A DNA stretch of 64,000 nucleotides from positions 68,572,001 to 68,636,000 of the forward strand of contig OZ024746.1 of the NCBI GenBank assembly GCA_964016885.1. Reading direction: 5' to 3'. Both the position numbers and the translations under genes were made by a program. The notes under the pieces are model-generated. The model saw nothing but the letters and a program-made list of their open reading frames with translations. It searched no databases and was not told the DNA's origin. Source of the stretch: Eledone cirrhosa (lineage: Eukaryota). Shown here piece after piece: positions 27,219 to 38,329 of the stretch (its first letter is position 1; every line of letters starts with the position of its first letter).

Positions 27219-27556
27219 GGAGGCACATGGCTTAGTGGTTAGAGCATTGGCCTTGCAATCGAAAGGTTGTGAGTTCAATTCTCAGACAGGGTGATGTGTT
27301 GTTTCCTTGAGCAAGACACTTTATTTCACATTACTCCAGTTTACTCAGCTGTAGAAATGAGATGATAGGGACTGGGGTCCCTATCGTTCCACTGTAAAGT
27401 GGTCGTGGAGGTGACACGGCAAAAAAGCACCCAGCACTCACTGTAAATGAGGTTGGTGTTAGGAAGGGCATCCAGCTGTAGAAATCAAGCCAGAATCAGT
27501 TCCCGTCCCACCCTTGCAAGCAGGGAAAAGCGGACGTAAAATGATGATGATGATGA
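27219..27556 (+). mobile_element. SINE family B
   Basis: Full length, flanked by (TA)n. Confidence 0.93.
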
Positions 27557-27680
27557 TATATATATATATATATATACACACACACGTAGCGAAATTTGTC
27601 CACGCCTTGAACTTTGGGTGATACCTAGAGATCAAATTTTAGGTCACCAAATTTATTGTGTTAACAAATTCATGCGTGGG

Positions 27681-28390
27681 CTGTCCCCTCAGGTGGGGGA
27701 CAGGAAGTGACAGCTATATACAGACCATGTACAAGCCATTTCACACAGAGACATCGAAGTGATAGGATATACAACTAACTATGTAAGGATTACTGCTATC
27801 AACAGACCCCTTTGGTCTACCAACAGACCCCAGGAAGTCTACAGATACACACACACATAGATTGGAACCTCTATTACTACAGACCATGTACAAGCCACAG
27901 TGGTCTACAAACTATTACAGACCATTCAGAGATATACAAACCATATCTTACTAACTAACGGTCTAAGAATTACTACCACGGATTCCAAATTCAAACAACA
28001 GCAACAATTATCTGTAACTCGCTGTTGTAACACCAACAACAAACTAGAACACCCTCACATTAACAACAAAATAATTTTGTCAATCTTTGCAACTTATGGT
28101 AACTTGTTTGTTGTACCTTTTAATTGATTCACATGAAGTAAACTATATATAACCAAATCATTTATTCTTATATTCTTTATATTATATTCATGTTATCTCT
28201 TATCTAACAACATTGCTATTATCATAACAACTAAATAACCAACATATCTATTCTATACATATTACCATACTATCCATTATATAACTATTTCTTACTTATT
28301 CTTACCCTTCGTTAAATTGTCACTGTGTGGAATGGCTTGTACATGGTTTGTATATAGCTGTCACTTCCTGTCCCCCACCTGAGGAGACAG
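27681..28390. mobile_element. 710-bp element with ~73-bp terminal inverted repeats
   Basis: ctgtcccctcaggtgggggacaggaagtgacagctatatacagaccatgtacaagcc (27681-27753) is inverted at 28318-28390. Confidence 0.75.
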
Positions 28391-28396
28391 TCCCGC

Positions 28397-28680
28397 CAAC
28401 CTCATTTACAGTGAGTGTTGGGTGCTTTTTTTCTGTGGCGCCTACACATCCACTTTACAGAGTGGGCTGGGTGCTTTTTTGCCGTGGCACCTCCACGACC
28501 ACTTTGCAGTGGAATGATATGGACCCCAGTCCCTACCATCATTTCTACAGCTGAGTAAACTGGAGCAATGTGAAATAAAGTGTCTTGCTCAAGGAAACAA
28601 CACATCACCCGGTCTGAGAATTGAACTCACAACCTTTCGATTGCAAGCCCAATGCTCTAACCACTAAGCCATGTGCCTTC
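28397..28680 (-). mobile_element. SINE family B variant (3' part missing, internal duplication)
   Basis: Head at 28680; two gggtgcttttt blocks. Confidence 0.88.
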
Positions 28681-28693
28681 ATATATATATATA

Positions 28694-29099
28694 GTAGATA
28701 TGTGTGCAACTGTAGTTACAGGTGGTTCGTTGGTTAAAGCACTCAATACTGTTACACGGTTCCATCTCATGTAGGGGTTATACTTCAGTGTATTCCAGGG
28801 TTAAGTTGGCTGTAATGTGCAGTGTGTACAAGTAGGTAGGAACATAGTCAAGGTTGTACCATAAATGAATTTTATTGTATATGACAATTGTCTCAATATC
28901 GATCAGCCCAGGATTCAATCAAAATGTTCAGGGCCTGACTCTGTACCGACATCTCATCAGATATGCGTTCATAGGTGCAGAACACATTCTAACAGTTAGA
29001 AAGTGTTCTGCACCTACGAACGCATTTGCAATTGATATTGAAACAATTGTCATATACAATAAAGTTCATTTATGGTACAACCTTGACTGTGTTCCTACT

Positions 29100-29104
<5 letters not shown>
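28694..29104 (-). mobile_element. Fold-back element FB4 (arms ~28826-28902/29031-29104, inner hairpin 28963-29025, tail 28694-28825)
   Basis: Nested inverted repeats between (TA)n tracts. Confidence 0.8.
28879..28964 (-). ncRNA. Type I hammerhead with bulged, extended stem II
   Basis: Minus strand atat-CTGATGA-gatgtcgg-ta-cagag-tcaggccc...gggctga-tcgatatt-GAGAC-AATT-GTC-atat; the other arm keeps GAAACAATTGTC (29040-29051). Confidence 0.7.
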
Positions 29105-29143
<39 letters not shown>

Positions 29144-29146
<3 letters not shown>

Positions 29147-29242
29147 GGTGTCCCCAAAAAATATATACACACTTTAACAGCATTCTAATAAATATTGCCT
29201 GTACAGGTAACAAAAGTGTGTATACATTTTTGGGACACCTTA
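29144..29242. mobile_element. Tc1/mariner MITE
   Basis: TA|cagggtgtccccaaaaaatatatacacacttt...aaagtgtgtatacatttttgggacacct. Confidence 0.8.
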
Positions 29243-29394
29243 TATATATATTTTATTTTATTATAGAAATGACTTCTACTGTGGGCACACCCTGATATAA
29301 ACCAAGAATCAACATAAATTTTCTCCCTTTCAGTTTTTTGGTTTGTCTTACTTTTTACTTTTTTTCTCTCCTCAAAATATTCCTCGCTTGTTTC

Positions 29395-29430
<36 letters not shown>

Positions 29431-29431
29431 T

Positions 29432-29466
29432 ATGATGAAGGACTAGCTTCTGAAACGTTAAGACTC
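29432..29466 (+). ncRNA. Degenerate minimal hammerhead motif (Penelope-like)
   Basis: aTGATGA-agga-ctagc-ttct-GAAA-CG-TT-A-agact; first core C and the 5' strand of stem I are lost. Confidence 0.4.
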
Positions 29467-30249
29467 TTTTATTACTTCTTTTAAGCATTAACCTAATATA
29501 CTGTATTTGTAATATGTTGTCATCTGATATTCTTCTTTATTCTTTTTTTTTTTTAGATATAATACATACATACGTACGTACATACACAGATACATATATG
29601 CATACATACATACATACATACATACATACATACATACATACATACATACATACATGCATACATTACTTGTATCAATAATTCTGAATTGTTTGGGTTCATA
29701 AGTAACCTTTAAAAATGTATGCCAGTCGTTATAAAATATTTTAGTCCCCCTCAAACAATAGAAAGCAATTTCCCCTCAAATCTAAGTTCCTTTAATGTGC
29801 AACGGTACAATTCAGATGCAAGAAAACACTAAAGATTTAAGCTTTGAAATTATATAATGCTTCTCTATAAATTACTTTTTCAGTTGTTTATGTTAAAGGT
29901 TAACATTTACAAGTTATATATTTCATTGATAACTATTGAAAACTCAACATATAGTTGACCATTAGTGGGACAGTGTATCTGAATGTTTAAACTAATTACT
30001 TTCAGAGACTGTCATGTGGTCTTCGTATTTCTCTATAGATATATCTAAAGAAAGCTGAAGAGTAATCTCTATTGTTATTGCTTAACTTTTAACATCTTGT
30101 ACCACATGAAACCGCATTAACAAGACATTCACGAAATGTATAATACACCATTATGATTGCATCATATTAAAAATTAAAAGTCTAATACTGCAAATTTTCA
30201 CAATCTGCCCACCATTTTTTTTTCTTCCCGTCCTCACTACTAAGGGTCT

Positions 30250-30500
30250 CAGACCAAGAACAATCTATATGTATATGACTCTCATCAGGAATAAAGTGAT
30301 GCCAGTAGGTTTTGTCTGAATTCTCATCTGACCATTATTACTCAGAAGCTAGGTACCTAATTGCAGCTCATCCACCTTCATCACAAGGATTAAGTCTTTG
30401 GCCACTTTAAATGTTGCCACCTATGTGACTAAGGAACTCCATTTACCTCGGATTTAAAATCAAAGTGATTCTTCTCCAAAAGAACTCTGCCTACCCATAT
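30250..30500 (+). mobile_element. Possible ancient CR1-like LINE remnant
   Basis: Y.TLIR-like translation and downstream spacing resembling CR1 ORF2; heavily decayed. Confidence 0.3.
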
Positions 30501-30723
30501 TAGATGGCCATTGACTCTCCTGACTTCCTCCACCCAATAATAAAAACACTATAAACATTTGAATTAACGAACCTACTTTTAGAATGTTTCCTTGGTTTAC
30601 GAATAAGTATGACACTCAGTGTGAGTGTGTGTCTGTGAAACATTATACACCAGGTCCGAACACAAAGGAACCAAACTCCCACTCCCACTGTCTCCACCTC
30701 TCTTGCTTTCCCCCATCACTTAC

Positions 30724-30829
30724 TATTATGAGCAAATTGGGGCCACGCTTTGGCCACTATCCAGCCCTGGCGGACAGAATAGAGAAGGTGTTTTCCCAGA
30801 GGATGGTGAGGGAGACACGCTTTTAAGGG
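30724..30829 (-). CDS. Candidate host exon (106 nt), product unknown
   Basis: Long polypyrimidine tract and cctttAG acceptor (30830-30831), GTAAGT donor (30723-30718); unique, GC-richer sequence; one frame fully open, another ends at a stop. Confidence 0.3.
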
Positions 30830-31411
30830 CTAAAGGAGGAGAGATAGGGATAGAGGAAAATGGGGCAAGAGAGAGGGAAAGTAAGAAGAGAGAAAGAGAG
30901 AAGGGGAAAGAGAGAGAAAGCAGGCAGTAGACAAGAGATGTATATTAAAATCTAGTATTTGGTACATAAAATATACTAAAAGTGAGTGGGTTTATAATAG
31001 AAAGATTGCTATGCATACTTAACCAAAGGAGAAATGTATAAAAAAAAAAACTGTAAAAAACATAACTTGGATAAATGTCAAAATTTTGCAAACTAAATCA
31101 AATAGGTACTTCAGAAAATTATAATATAATAACTAAAACGAATTATAAAATATATAAAGTGTTGAAATACTTTTTCTAATTTGGAAAACAGTACATCAAG
31201 GGAAAACATTAAAAGCAAATATAATTTACATATTTCACTATTGTTTGTGTTTTAATTAAAGGGCAGTGTAGAAGCAACACATCACAGTATTAAAAAACAG
31301 TATGCATGTATGTTTATATATATATGTGTGTGTGTGTATGTATGCGTGTATGTATGTATGTGTGAGTGTACATATGTATTTATGTATGTATGTGTGTATG
31401 TATGTATTTAT

Positions 31412-31948
31412 GTCGGGTCACTCTTGAGTGCTACTGTAACCCAGTACAACCTGTCACATGGTCGGGTCGTCGGCAACTAAACCGGCAACCCCACCTAGTT
31501 TACTTGGTGAGGAGGGTGATTTTGGACACCCAGCAGGACAAAAACAAAACCTGACAAAGGGCGGAAGAACTCATAAGAGTCACCAGCCATCCAAAAGTTT
31601 AAAAAGGTGCAAGCCACTCAAAGTTGATGGAAGCTATAGTGTAGGAAAACTTGGGAGTGAAGGACCCCTAGCCTTTGTCAGGGCATTCTTCTAGAAGGAA
31701 ACTCAGGAAACTGGGATAACTCCGATATAAAACCTGCAGCTCAGTAGTTACCGATGATGTTGATCTTTTCTTCTTTTCGGGTTATAGTTACTGTCGCTCA
31801 GAGAGTGGGATTGGCTCAGTGTACAGTCTTTCCTCACTTTAAAAATTATCTTCACGCACAGGCATTGCACAATAGAATTAATTAATAATTATTAATAATG
31901 GTATATCGTGCAATGGCCATACTCGATAACGAGGGGGCAGCCATCATG
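31412..31948 (+). mobile_element. Non-autonomous RTE-related element D (longer copy with structured 5' end)
   Basis: GC-rich multi-hairpin leader 31412-31590; 31652-31948 is the inverted copy of 26508-26802; set in (GTAT)n. Confidence 0.7.
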
Positions 31949-32530
31949 TATTTATGATTGCATGTGTGTGTATGCATGTAGGTATGTATGTATGTCTGTA
32001 TGTATTTATGTATGTATGTGTGTGCATGCATGTATGTGTGTGCATGCATGTATGTATGTGTGTATGTATTTATGTATGTATATATGTGTGTGTATGTATG
32101 TATGTTTGTCTACCCTAGAGATAAGATGAACATTAAGTAAATTGATATTATACAGAATTATATAGACTTATGGTATGTTTTACCAAGTAATTAAGTTGAT
32201 ATCTTGAACCAACTATCAAACACTTGATGGATAATGGTATTACTGATAAAATGCTTTTAGATCTTTTCAAATTAGTTACTATAAATTGTTTCAGCTATTT
32301 AACTGTTCTATTTTATCGTCACAAGTTATTTCATCAATCACTTAACATAGTATGACGTGTTACCTTTTTTATCTCAATCACTTAACACTACCAGGATAAG
32401 TTATTCTATATAATGTTTCACATAGTAAAATGTGTTACATTTTGGTCTTTTACTGTTTAGTCAGACCCCAGAGATTAGTGAAAAAGGGAAAGGAGGAAGG
32501 CCTGAATGCAACAGAGTGAATTTCACTTAA

Positions 32531-32750
32531 CCCTTTAGCATTTTAACCGCCGTATCCAGCCAGAATTCTCTCACCTCTTTATGTTCAAACTGGCTGTAAC
32601 TAGCCACTCATACTGATGTTAAAGTATTGTTCTCAAAATAAATAATATCAAAATCTCATAGATCTGATATTATGTGAGATAATCATGTAAGATAAAGCCT
32701 TTACTGTGAAAATATAATAGTATATATAGGATAATGTAAATGCTAAATGG
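32531..32750 (+). mobile_element. piggyBac-type MITE family 1
   Basis: TTAA TSD, ccctttagcattt TIR, body matches 23644. Confidence 0.9.
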
Positions 32751-33451
32751 TTAAGACATACAAAGGTTAAGAGGTGGTATTAAACTGACTGATAGATTAA
32801 GTCTACCAAGGAAGTACACAAAAGCTGGATTTTAACTCAGAGCTACGAGGGGCTGATATACTATGTCTACATAGGAAGTATATCAATGATCGATTTGAAT
32901 CCAGAAGACAAGGAGCCAGAATAAATACTGCAAGGTATCACATTCAATGCCTCAATCTATCACCTTCAGTTAGTATTTTATTTAATTGACCTTAAAAGAT
33001 GAAACACAAAGTTGATCTTGGTGAGATTTGAACTCAAAGAGCAGAGACCCAGAACAAATACTGCCAAAATGTTGCCCATTCACTGCTGCTTCAATGTTTA
33101 TAATGAGAAATAAATTCATGAATCTAATTATGAATCTTTTCTTTTCTTTTTTTTCTTGCGGAGTGTGATTGAATTTGGTACTTATTTACAAGGTAGACTG
33201 GGCCATTTTAAGAATTAAGTGCCACAGTCACTGGCACAATACAGAGTCACAGACAAGACATAAATTACTGACCTCTATATATGCTACATAATTCATTAAG
33301 CCACCAGTCACCTACTCAGTTCATCAGATCATCTTCTACAGTTTTCATTTCCCAAACTTTACACACATTTATGGTTGACCCAAAATTACAGTAGAGAGAG
33401 AAAGAGGGGGAGAGAGAGAGAAAAAAAACCCACTTGCCAAAGGTGGCACAC

Positions 33452-33526
33452 TGATTCACATGGTTGAACCTTGATTCACATGGTTGAACCTTGATTCACA
33501 TGGTTGAACCTTGATTCACATGGTTG
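33452..33526. repeat. 20-bp tandem repeat x4
   Basis: Unit tgattcacatggttgaacct, inside an old SINE remnant. Confidence 0.9.
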
Positions 33527-33793
33527 TGAAGAAAACTTCTTAACAACACAACTATGCCTGTGCTTATCATCATCATTTGTTGTGCTCATAGTTTTAGTAT
33601 ATATACTGGTTGGATGCCCTTCTTAACACCAGCACCACTTTACAGCATGGACTGGGTGCTTTTATTCGTGCCACCAGCACTAGAGAAGATGTCTTACTGG
33701 ACTCATGGGCCCTCTCTACCCCTCCATTTTACAGCATGGACTAGGTGCTTTTATTCATAATATCATAGTAATAATATAGTTTATGTAAAATAT

Positions 33794-33983
33794 AATTGTT
33801 TCTACTTTTGGCACAAGGCCAGCAATTACCCAGTCTATTACTGGTATTTTATTTTATCGAGCCCGTAAGGATGAAAGGCAAAGTTAACCTCGGCGGGATT
33901 TGAACTCAAACCTTAAAGGGACGTAACTATGCTGGAAAGCATGACGTCCGACTCTCTACCGATACTGCCAATCCACCGCCCTA
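33794..33983 (-). mobile_element. SINE family A with ~19-bp TSD
   Basis: tagtttatgtaaaatataa on both sides. Confidence 0.93.
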
Positions 33984-35875
33984 GTTTATGTAAAATATAA
34001 TAATATAGTTTTAGCAAAACATAATATCTATGAGATGGTAGACACTACTGTTCTTGTTGTTTAGGCTTGGGTTAATCCTGATAGACAGAGGATCAAAGAC
34101 GTTCCAATCATGACCATTCTGTCTTTTTTATATATCCAGGGAATACATTGTCTAATATGTAATACATTGTCTAAGATGTAATTTCAGATGGTTAAGTATA
34201 TGATTTTAGAAAGATTTGGCTTGTATTTCTAGCATTTTGGTTGACCACATAGAGGCTAGTACAAACTTGTGTCACTTCAGTTGATAATTTGGCTTCTTAC
34301 CAAATCAGAAAGCTTTGATTCTTAGATTTATATATTGAGTCTATATATATATATTTATTTATACAGATATTCATGTGTATATATAAACTAGACAGATAAC
34401 TATACATATTTGTGCAAACTTGCATGCATTTAGATAAATGTGTGTGTGTGTGTGTGTGTGTGTTCATTTACTTAGTTGAAAATATTCCATTATATTCAGA
34501 TAAAGCACCACATTTATAGTTGGAGTTATGCAAGGCTTCTTTACCAGCTCACCATCCCGATTTCCCCACCACCACCCTCACCAATACCACAAATGATAAA
34601 TACATAGATGTTTTGTATATAACACAATCTAGTACATTACAATAACATCTTTATATCAACTTAACATCCTTAGGAAAATAAATCTTTTAAAAAACTGTAA
34701 ATAATAATAAATAACTTTTCAATGTAAAAACAATTTCCTCCTTGGAGACACAGGAATCCTTGGGATCTTGAAATTTCCCTTAGGGAGGAAATATCCCCAG
34801 GTTAAGAATTGCAAGAATATATACATAATTGATTAATCTTCTTGAGAGAAAACTGCCTGAAACCAACCCTGATTCTATGATACAAAGATGTTTGTTTTAA
34901 AATGTTTATATTTATCTGAAATCCTTCCATTATGATTTTCTACGAATACCCTTGTTAAATTTTATTCTAAACATTAATTTAATAATGTTAATAATGAGAA
35001 AGTTAGTTATATTACTAAATCCCTCCAAATTCTTGTCTATTTTCAATATTAGTTAAAAAATTTAGGCAATGCCTTTCATTAGAAATGAGGTAATGAAAGG
35101 GTTATGTGATATTGTTATTGTTTAGATTTGTGTCAGCTAAGATCAAGCAGATTTATGATCAAAGGCCTTTTAGTCATCCTCATATTGCATTTTCAATTAC
35201 AATATTGTTTTTTTACACACTGCATGATTTTCAACCCTCAGCAATGATGATGGGAAGAGATCAGACTCAATATCTGAATGGCTTCAACACAATTTCAGTC
35301 AACCTATTTCTACTCACAAGGCATAGGTCAACTTGAGTCTATGGTTAAAATAAAATCTTACCCAAGGTGCCAAACTCTGGTATCAAACTTGGAACCTCAT
35401 GATTGTGTAATTTAACATAAGTTGCTTTTGATACCAGTTTAGAATAGGTTCACCAGATCCCTGCATATCGTAAGAAACAACTAAAAGGTTTGGTGCTAGA
35501 AAGGGCATCCATTTGTAATACATGACCTCAAAAAGGACAACATTGATAAGTATGAAGCTTAACATGGGGCCCACAAGGTTAACTCCTGCTTTAGCAAGGA
35601 AAGTAGCCTTAAAATGATTATTTACAATTACCTGCGTAACTATGTGTGTTTACACTCATTACAAATTATCCCCTGTAATTGTTTGATGTGTTTATTTTAT
35701 ATATATAAGTCATTCGACTTTTAATTTAATATGAATGCTCGGATTTACTTCTTGGAATCTTTGAGCTTATTCCACAGGTGGTATAGCGCATGATTCTGAT
35801 ATTCTCAGACATGACATCTTTAATCTAATTTGGGTAGTATATACATATATACATACACACACACACATATATATA

Positions 35876-35985
35876 TGATGATTTCTCATGAATGAAACAG
35901 TTCTAGTCCTGTAGAAGCTTCTCTATATTAAAACATTTATACTCTGCTATGTATTGAATACCTTACTTACTGTGATTAACCTCAA
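35876..35985 (+). mobile_element. Fragment of the FB7 family (one arm plus tail)
   Basis: Matches 53871-53975; tail also at 48790-48852 (minus). Confidence 0.75.
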
Positions 35986-36039
35986 ATGAAAACGAAAAAC
36001 GAAATTTCATTTCTCACTCTTAGTATGGCACTTACTTAA

Positions 36040-36630
36040 ATGTAAGTATGTATGTATACGTACATACATATATGTATACAGACGTACAGTAGCATGTATA
36101 TATATATATATATATATACATACATGCAGGTACACATACATATATGCACGCATCAGTTTAGCAGACGCTTATTATAGCGCTGCTTTGTTCGTTTGTCAAC
36201 AAACTGAACAGCCTGAATTTATGCCATACGGTGTTAAGGCAACCACGTCACCTTTTTGTTCAACACTGACACAGGAACGATGTACTAGTTTCAAGCTTGT
36301 TAGCTATCATCAGCACCGTTTACCCATCTGCCAGATAGTTGAACGTTCGAAAGTATATACTTTCCTTATGAAAATTAACGGCTGAGCAGATATTTGTGTC
36401 AGTGTTGAACAAAAAGGTGACGTGGTTGCCTTAACACCGTATGGCATAAATTCAGGCTGTTCAGTTTGTTGACAAACGAACAAAGCAGCGCTATAATAAG
36501 CGTCTGCTAAACTGATGCGTGCATATATGTATGTGTACCTGCATGTATGTATATATATATATATATATATATACATGCTACTGTACGTCTGTATACATAT
36601 ATGTATGTACGTATACATACATACTTACAT
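36040..36630. mobile_element. Fold-back element FB5, near-perfect ~234-bp arms (36040-36273/36395-36630)
   Basis: Arms mirror each other including the internal microsatellite; 121-bp loop contains a hammerhead. Confidence 0.88.
36276..36320 (-). ncRNA. Intact minimal type I hammerhead ribozyme
   Basis: AACGGTG-CTGATGA-t-agc-taacaa-gct-t-GAAA-CTAG-TA-CATCGTT: 7-bp stem I, full core, palindromic stem III, GUA triplet. Confidence 0.8.
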
Positions 36631-36678
36631 ATATATATATATATATATATATTTCATTTATATATATATATATAATAT

Positions 36679-36990
36679 GGAGGCACATGGCCTTGCAATC
36701 GAAAGGTTGTGAGTTCAATTCTCAGACCGGGTGATGTGTTGTTTCCTTGAGCAAGACACTTTATTTCACATTGCTCCAGTTTACTCAGCTGTAGAAATGA
36801 TGTTAGGGATTGGAGTCCATATCATTCGACTGCAAAGTGGTCGTGGAGGTGCCACGGCAAAAAAGCACCCAGCACTCACTGTAAATGAGGTTGGTGTTAG
36901 GAAGGGCATCCAGCTGTAGAAATCAAGCCAGAATCAGTCCCCGTCCCACCCTTGCAAGCAGGGAAAAGTGGATGTAAAATGAAATGAAAT
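36679..36990 (+). mobile_element. SINE family B with ~20-bp head deletion
   Basis: ggcacatgg joined directly to ccttgc; (GAAAT)n tail. Confidence 0.9.
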
Positions 36991-37027
36991 GAATATAAAA
37001 TCAAAAGATGGTTAAAAGAGTTCCCTG

Positions 37028-37098
37028 TATTTTATTATGCGCATTTCAAAAACAAATATCATCATGGGATGATATTTGCGTTCTCATCAGATAAAATA
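37028..37098 (-). ncRNA. Type I hammerhead (left arm of FB6)
   Basis: tattttat-CTGATGA-gaacgcaaatatcatc-ccat-gatgatatttgttttt-GAAA-TGCGCA-TA-ataaaata. Confidence 0.8.
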
Positions 37099-37120
37099 GG
37101 GAGACATGATATGAAGCTTA

Positions 37121-37335
37121 AAAAACACTTGCGAGCAGTGAAGTGTTAAATCAACATATGTCGAAAAATACTTGCAAGCAGTGAAGTGTTAAATCAACAT
37201 ATGTCGAAAAACACTTGCGAGCAGTGAAGTGTTAAATCAACATATGTTGAAAAACACTTGCGAGCAGTGAAGTGTTAAATCAACATATGTCGAAAAACAC
37301 TTGCAAGCAGTGAAGTGTTAAATCAACATATGTTG
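37121..37335. repeat. 43-bp tandem repeat x5
   Basis: aaaaacacttgcgagcagtgaagtgttaaatcaacatatgtcg at 37121, 37164, 37207, 37250, 37293. Confidence 0.95.
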
Positions 37336-37388
37336 ATTTAACACTTCACTGCTCGCAAGTGTTTTTTAAGCTTCATATCATGTCTCCC

Positions 37389-37459
37389 TATTTTATCTGA
37401 TGAGAACGCAAATATCATCCCATGATGATATTTGTTTTTGAAATGCACATAATAAAATA
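37389..37459 (+). ncRNA. Type I hammerhead (right arm of FB6)
   Basis: Same as the left arm but with GAAA-TGCACA-TA. Confidence 0.78.
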
Positions 37460-37583
37460 CATGGAACTCTTTTAACCATCTTTTGATTTTATATTATTTA
37501 TACTCCAGTCCTATAAACTGTTGAGTGCTACTTATCCGATATTTGCATTGCTTTATTGTACTACAATAAAACTCACCTCCTAC

Positions 37584-37616
<33 letters not shown>

Positions 37617-37753
37617 TATACTTAATACATTAACAGAGAAAGCTATTAGCGATACTCCGACCAGCTGTCATCTCACTCAACAAACATTAGGAAATACCTA
37701 AGTATATTCCCAATCATACGTTTGGGGTGCTAACTATATTGTATTATGTGGAA

Positions 37754-37943
37754 AGGCGGTGATTGTGAGTATCGGTAGAGGGTCGGATGCCATGCTTTCC
37801 AGCATAGTTATGTCCCTTAACGATCTGAGTTCAAATCCCGCTGAGGTTGACTTTGCCTTTCATCCTTACGGGGTCGATAAAATAAAGTACCAGTAATGCA
37901 CTGGGTAATTGCTGGTCTTGTGCCAAAAAGTAGAAACAATTAT
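37754..37943 (+). mobile_element. SINE family A with TSD
   Basis: ttatgtggaaag on both sides. Confidence 0.92.
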
Positions 37944-38327
37944 GTGGAAAGTCGGCTGTATTATTTTATATGAGACATAATTAAATAAATCTCACATATG
38001 TATATATATTCATTTATATATATATATACATATATGTGTATATACATGTTTGTATAACTGTTTTTTAATCATGTTCAACAACTGAAAATTTATTAATGAG
38101 ACAAAACTTTCACAAGGTCCCTTGAGACTTTTTTAAACTCAATGTAGTAAATAAGCAGACTAATTTGTTTTCACTCTGAAACTAGGTGTGCCATATTAAC
38201 ACATTTTAAATTCTTGGGTATTTAAGACAAAAAAATGTTATATATAAATATATACACAGAAAAATAATAAATATTTTATTCATTTTATTTTCCATTGCTA
38301 GTAGTTTGAGTGAAAGTGCATAGTTAA

Positions 38328-38329
<2 letters not shown>

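Larger units (their letters stand above)
36992..37583 (+). mobile_element. Fold-back element FB6 (loopless palindrome centred at 37329/37330, 43-bp unit x5, tail 37496-37583)
   Basis: 36992-37160 mirrors 37330-37495; caacat|atgttg centre; tail ends in (TA)n. Confidence 0.88.

Noticed and set aside
37121-37335. CRISPR-like array
   Set aside because: Contiguous 43-bp units without spacers; eukaryotic context and no cas genes
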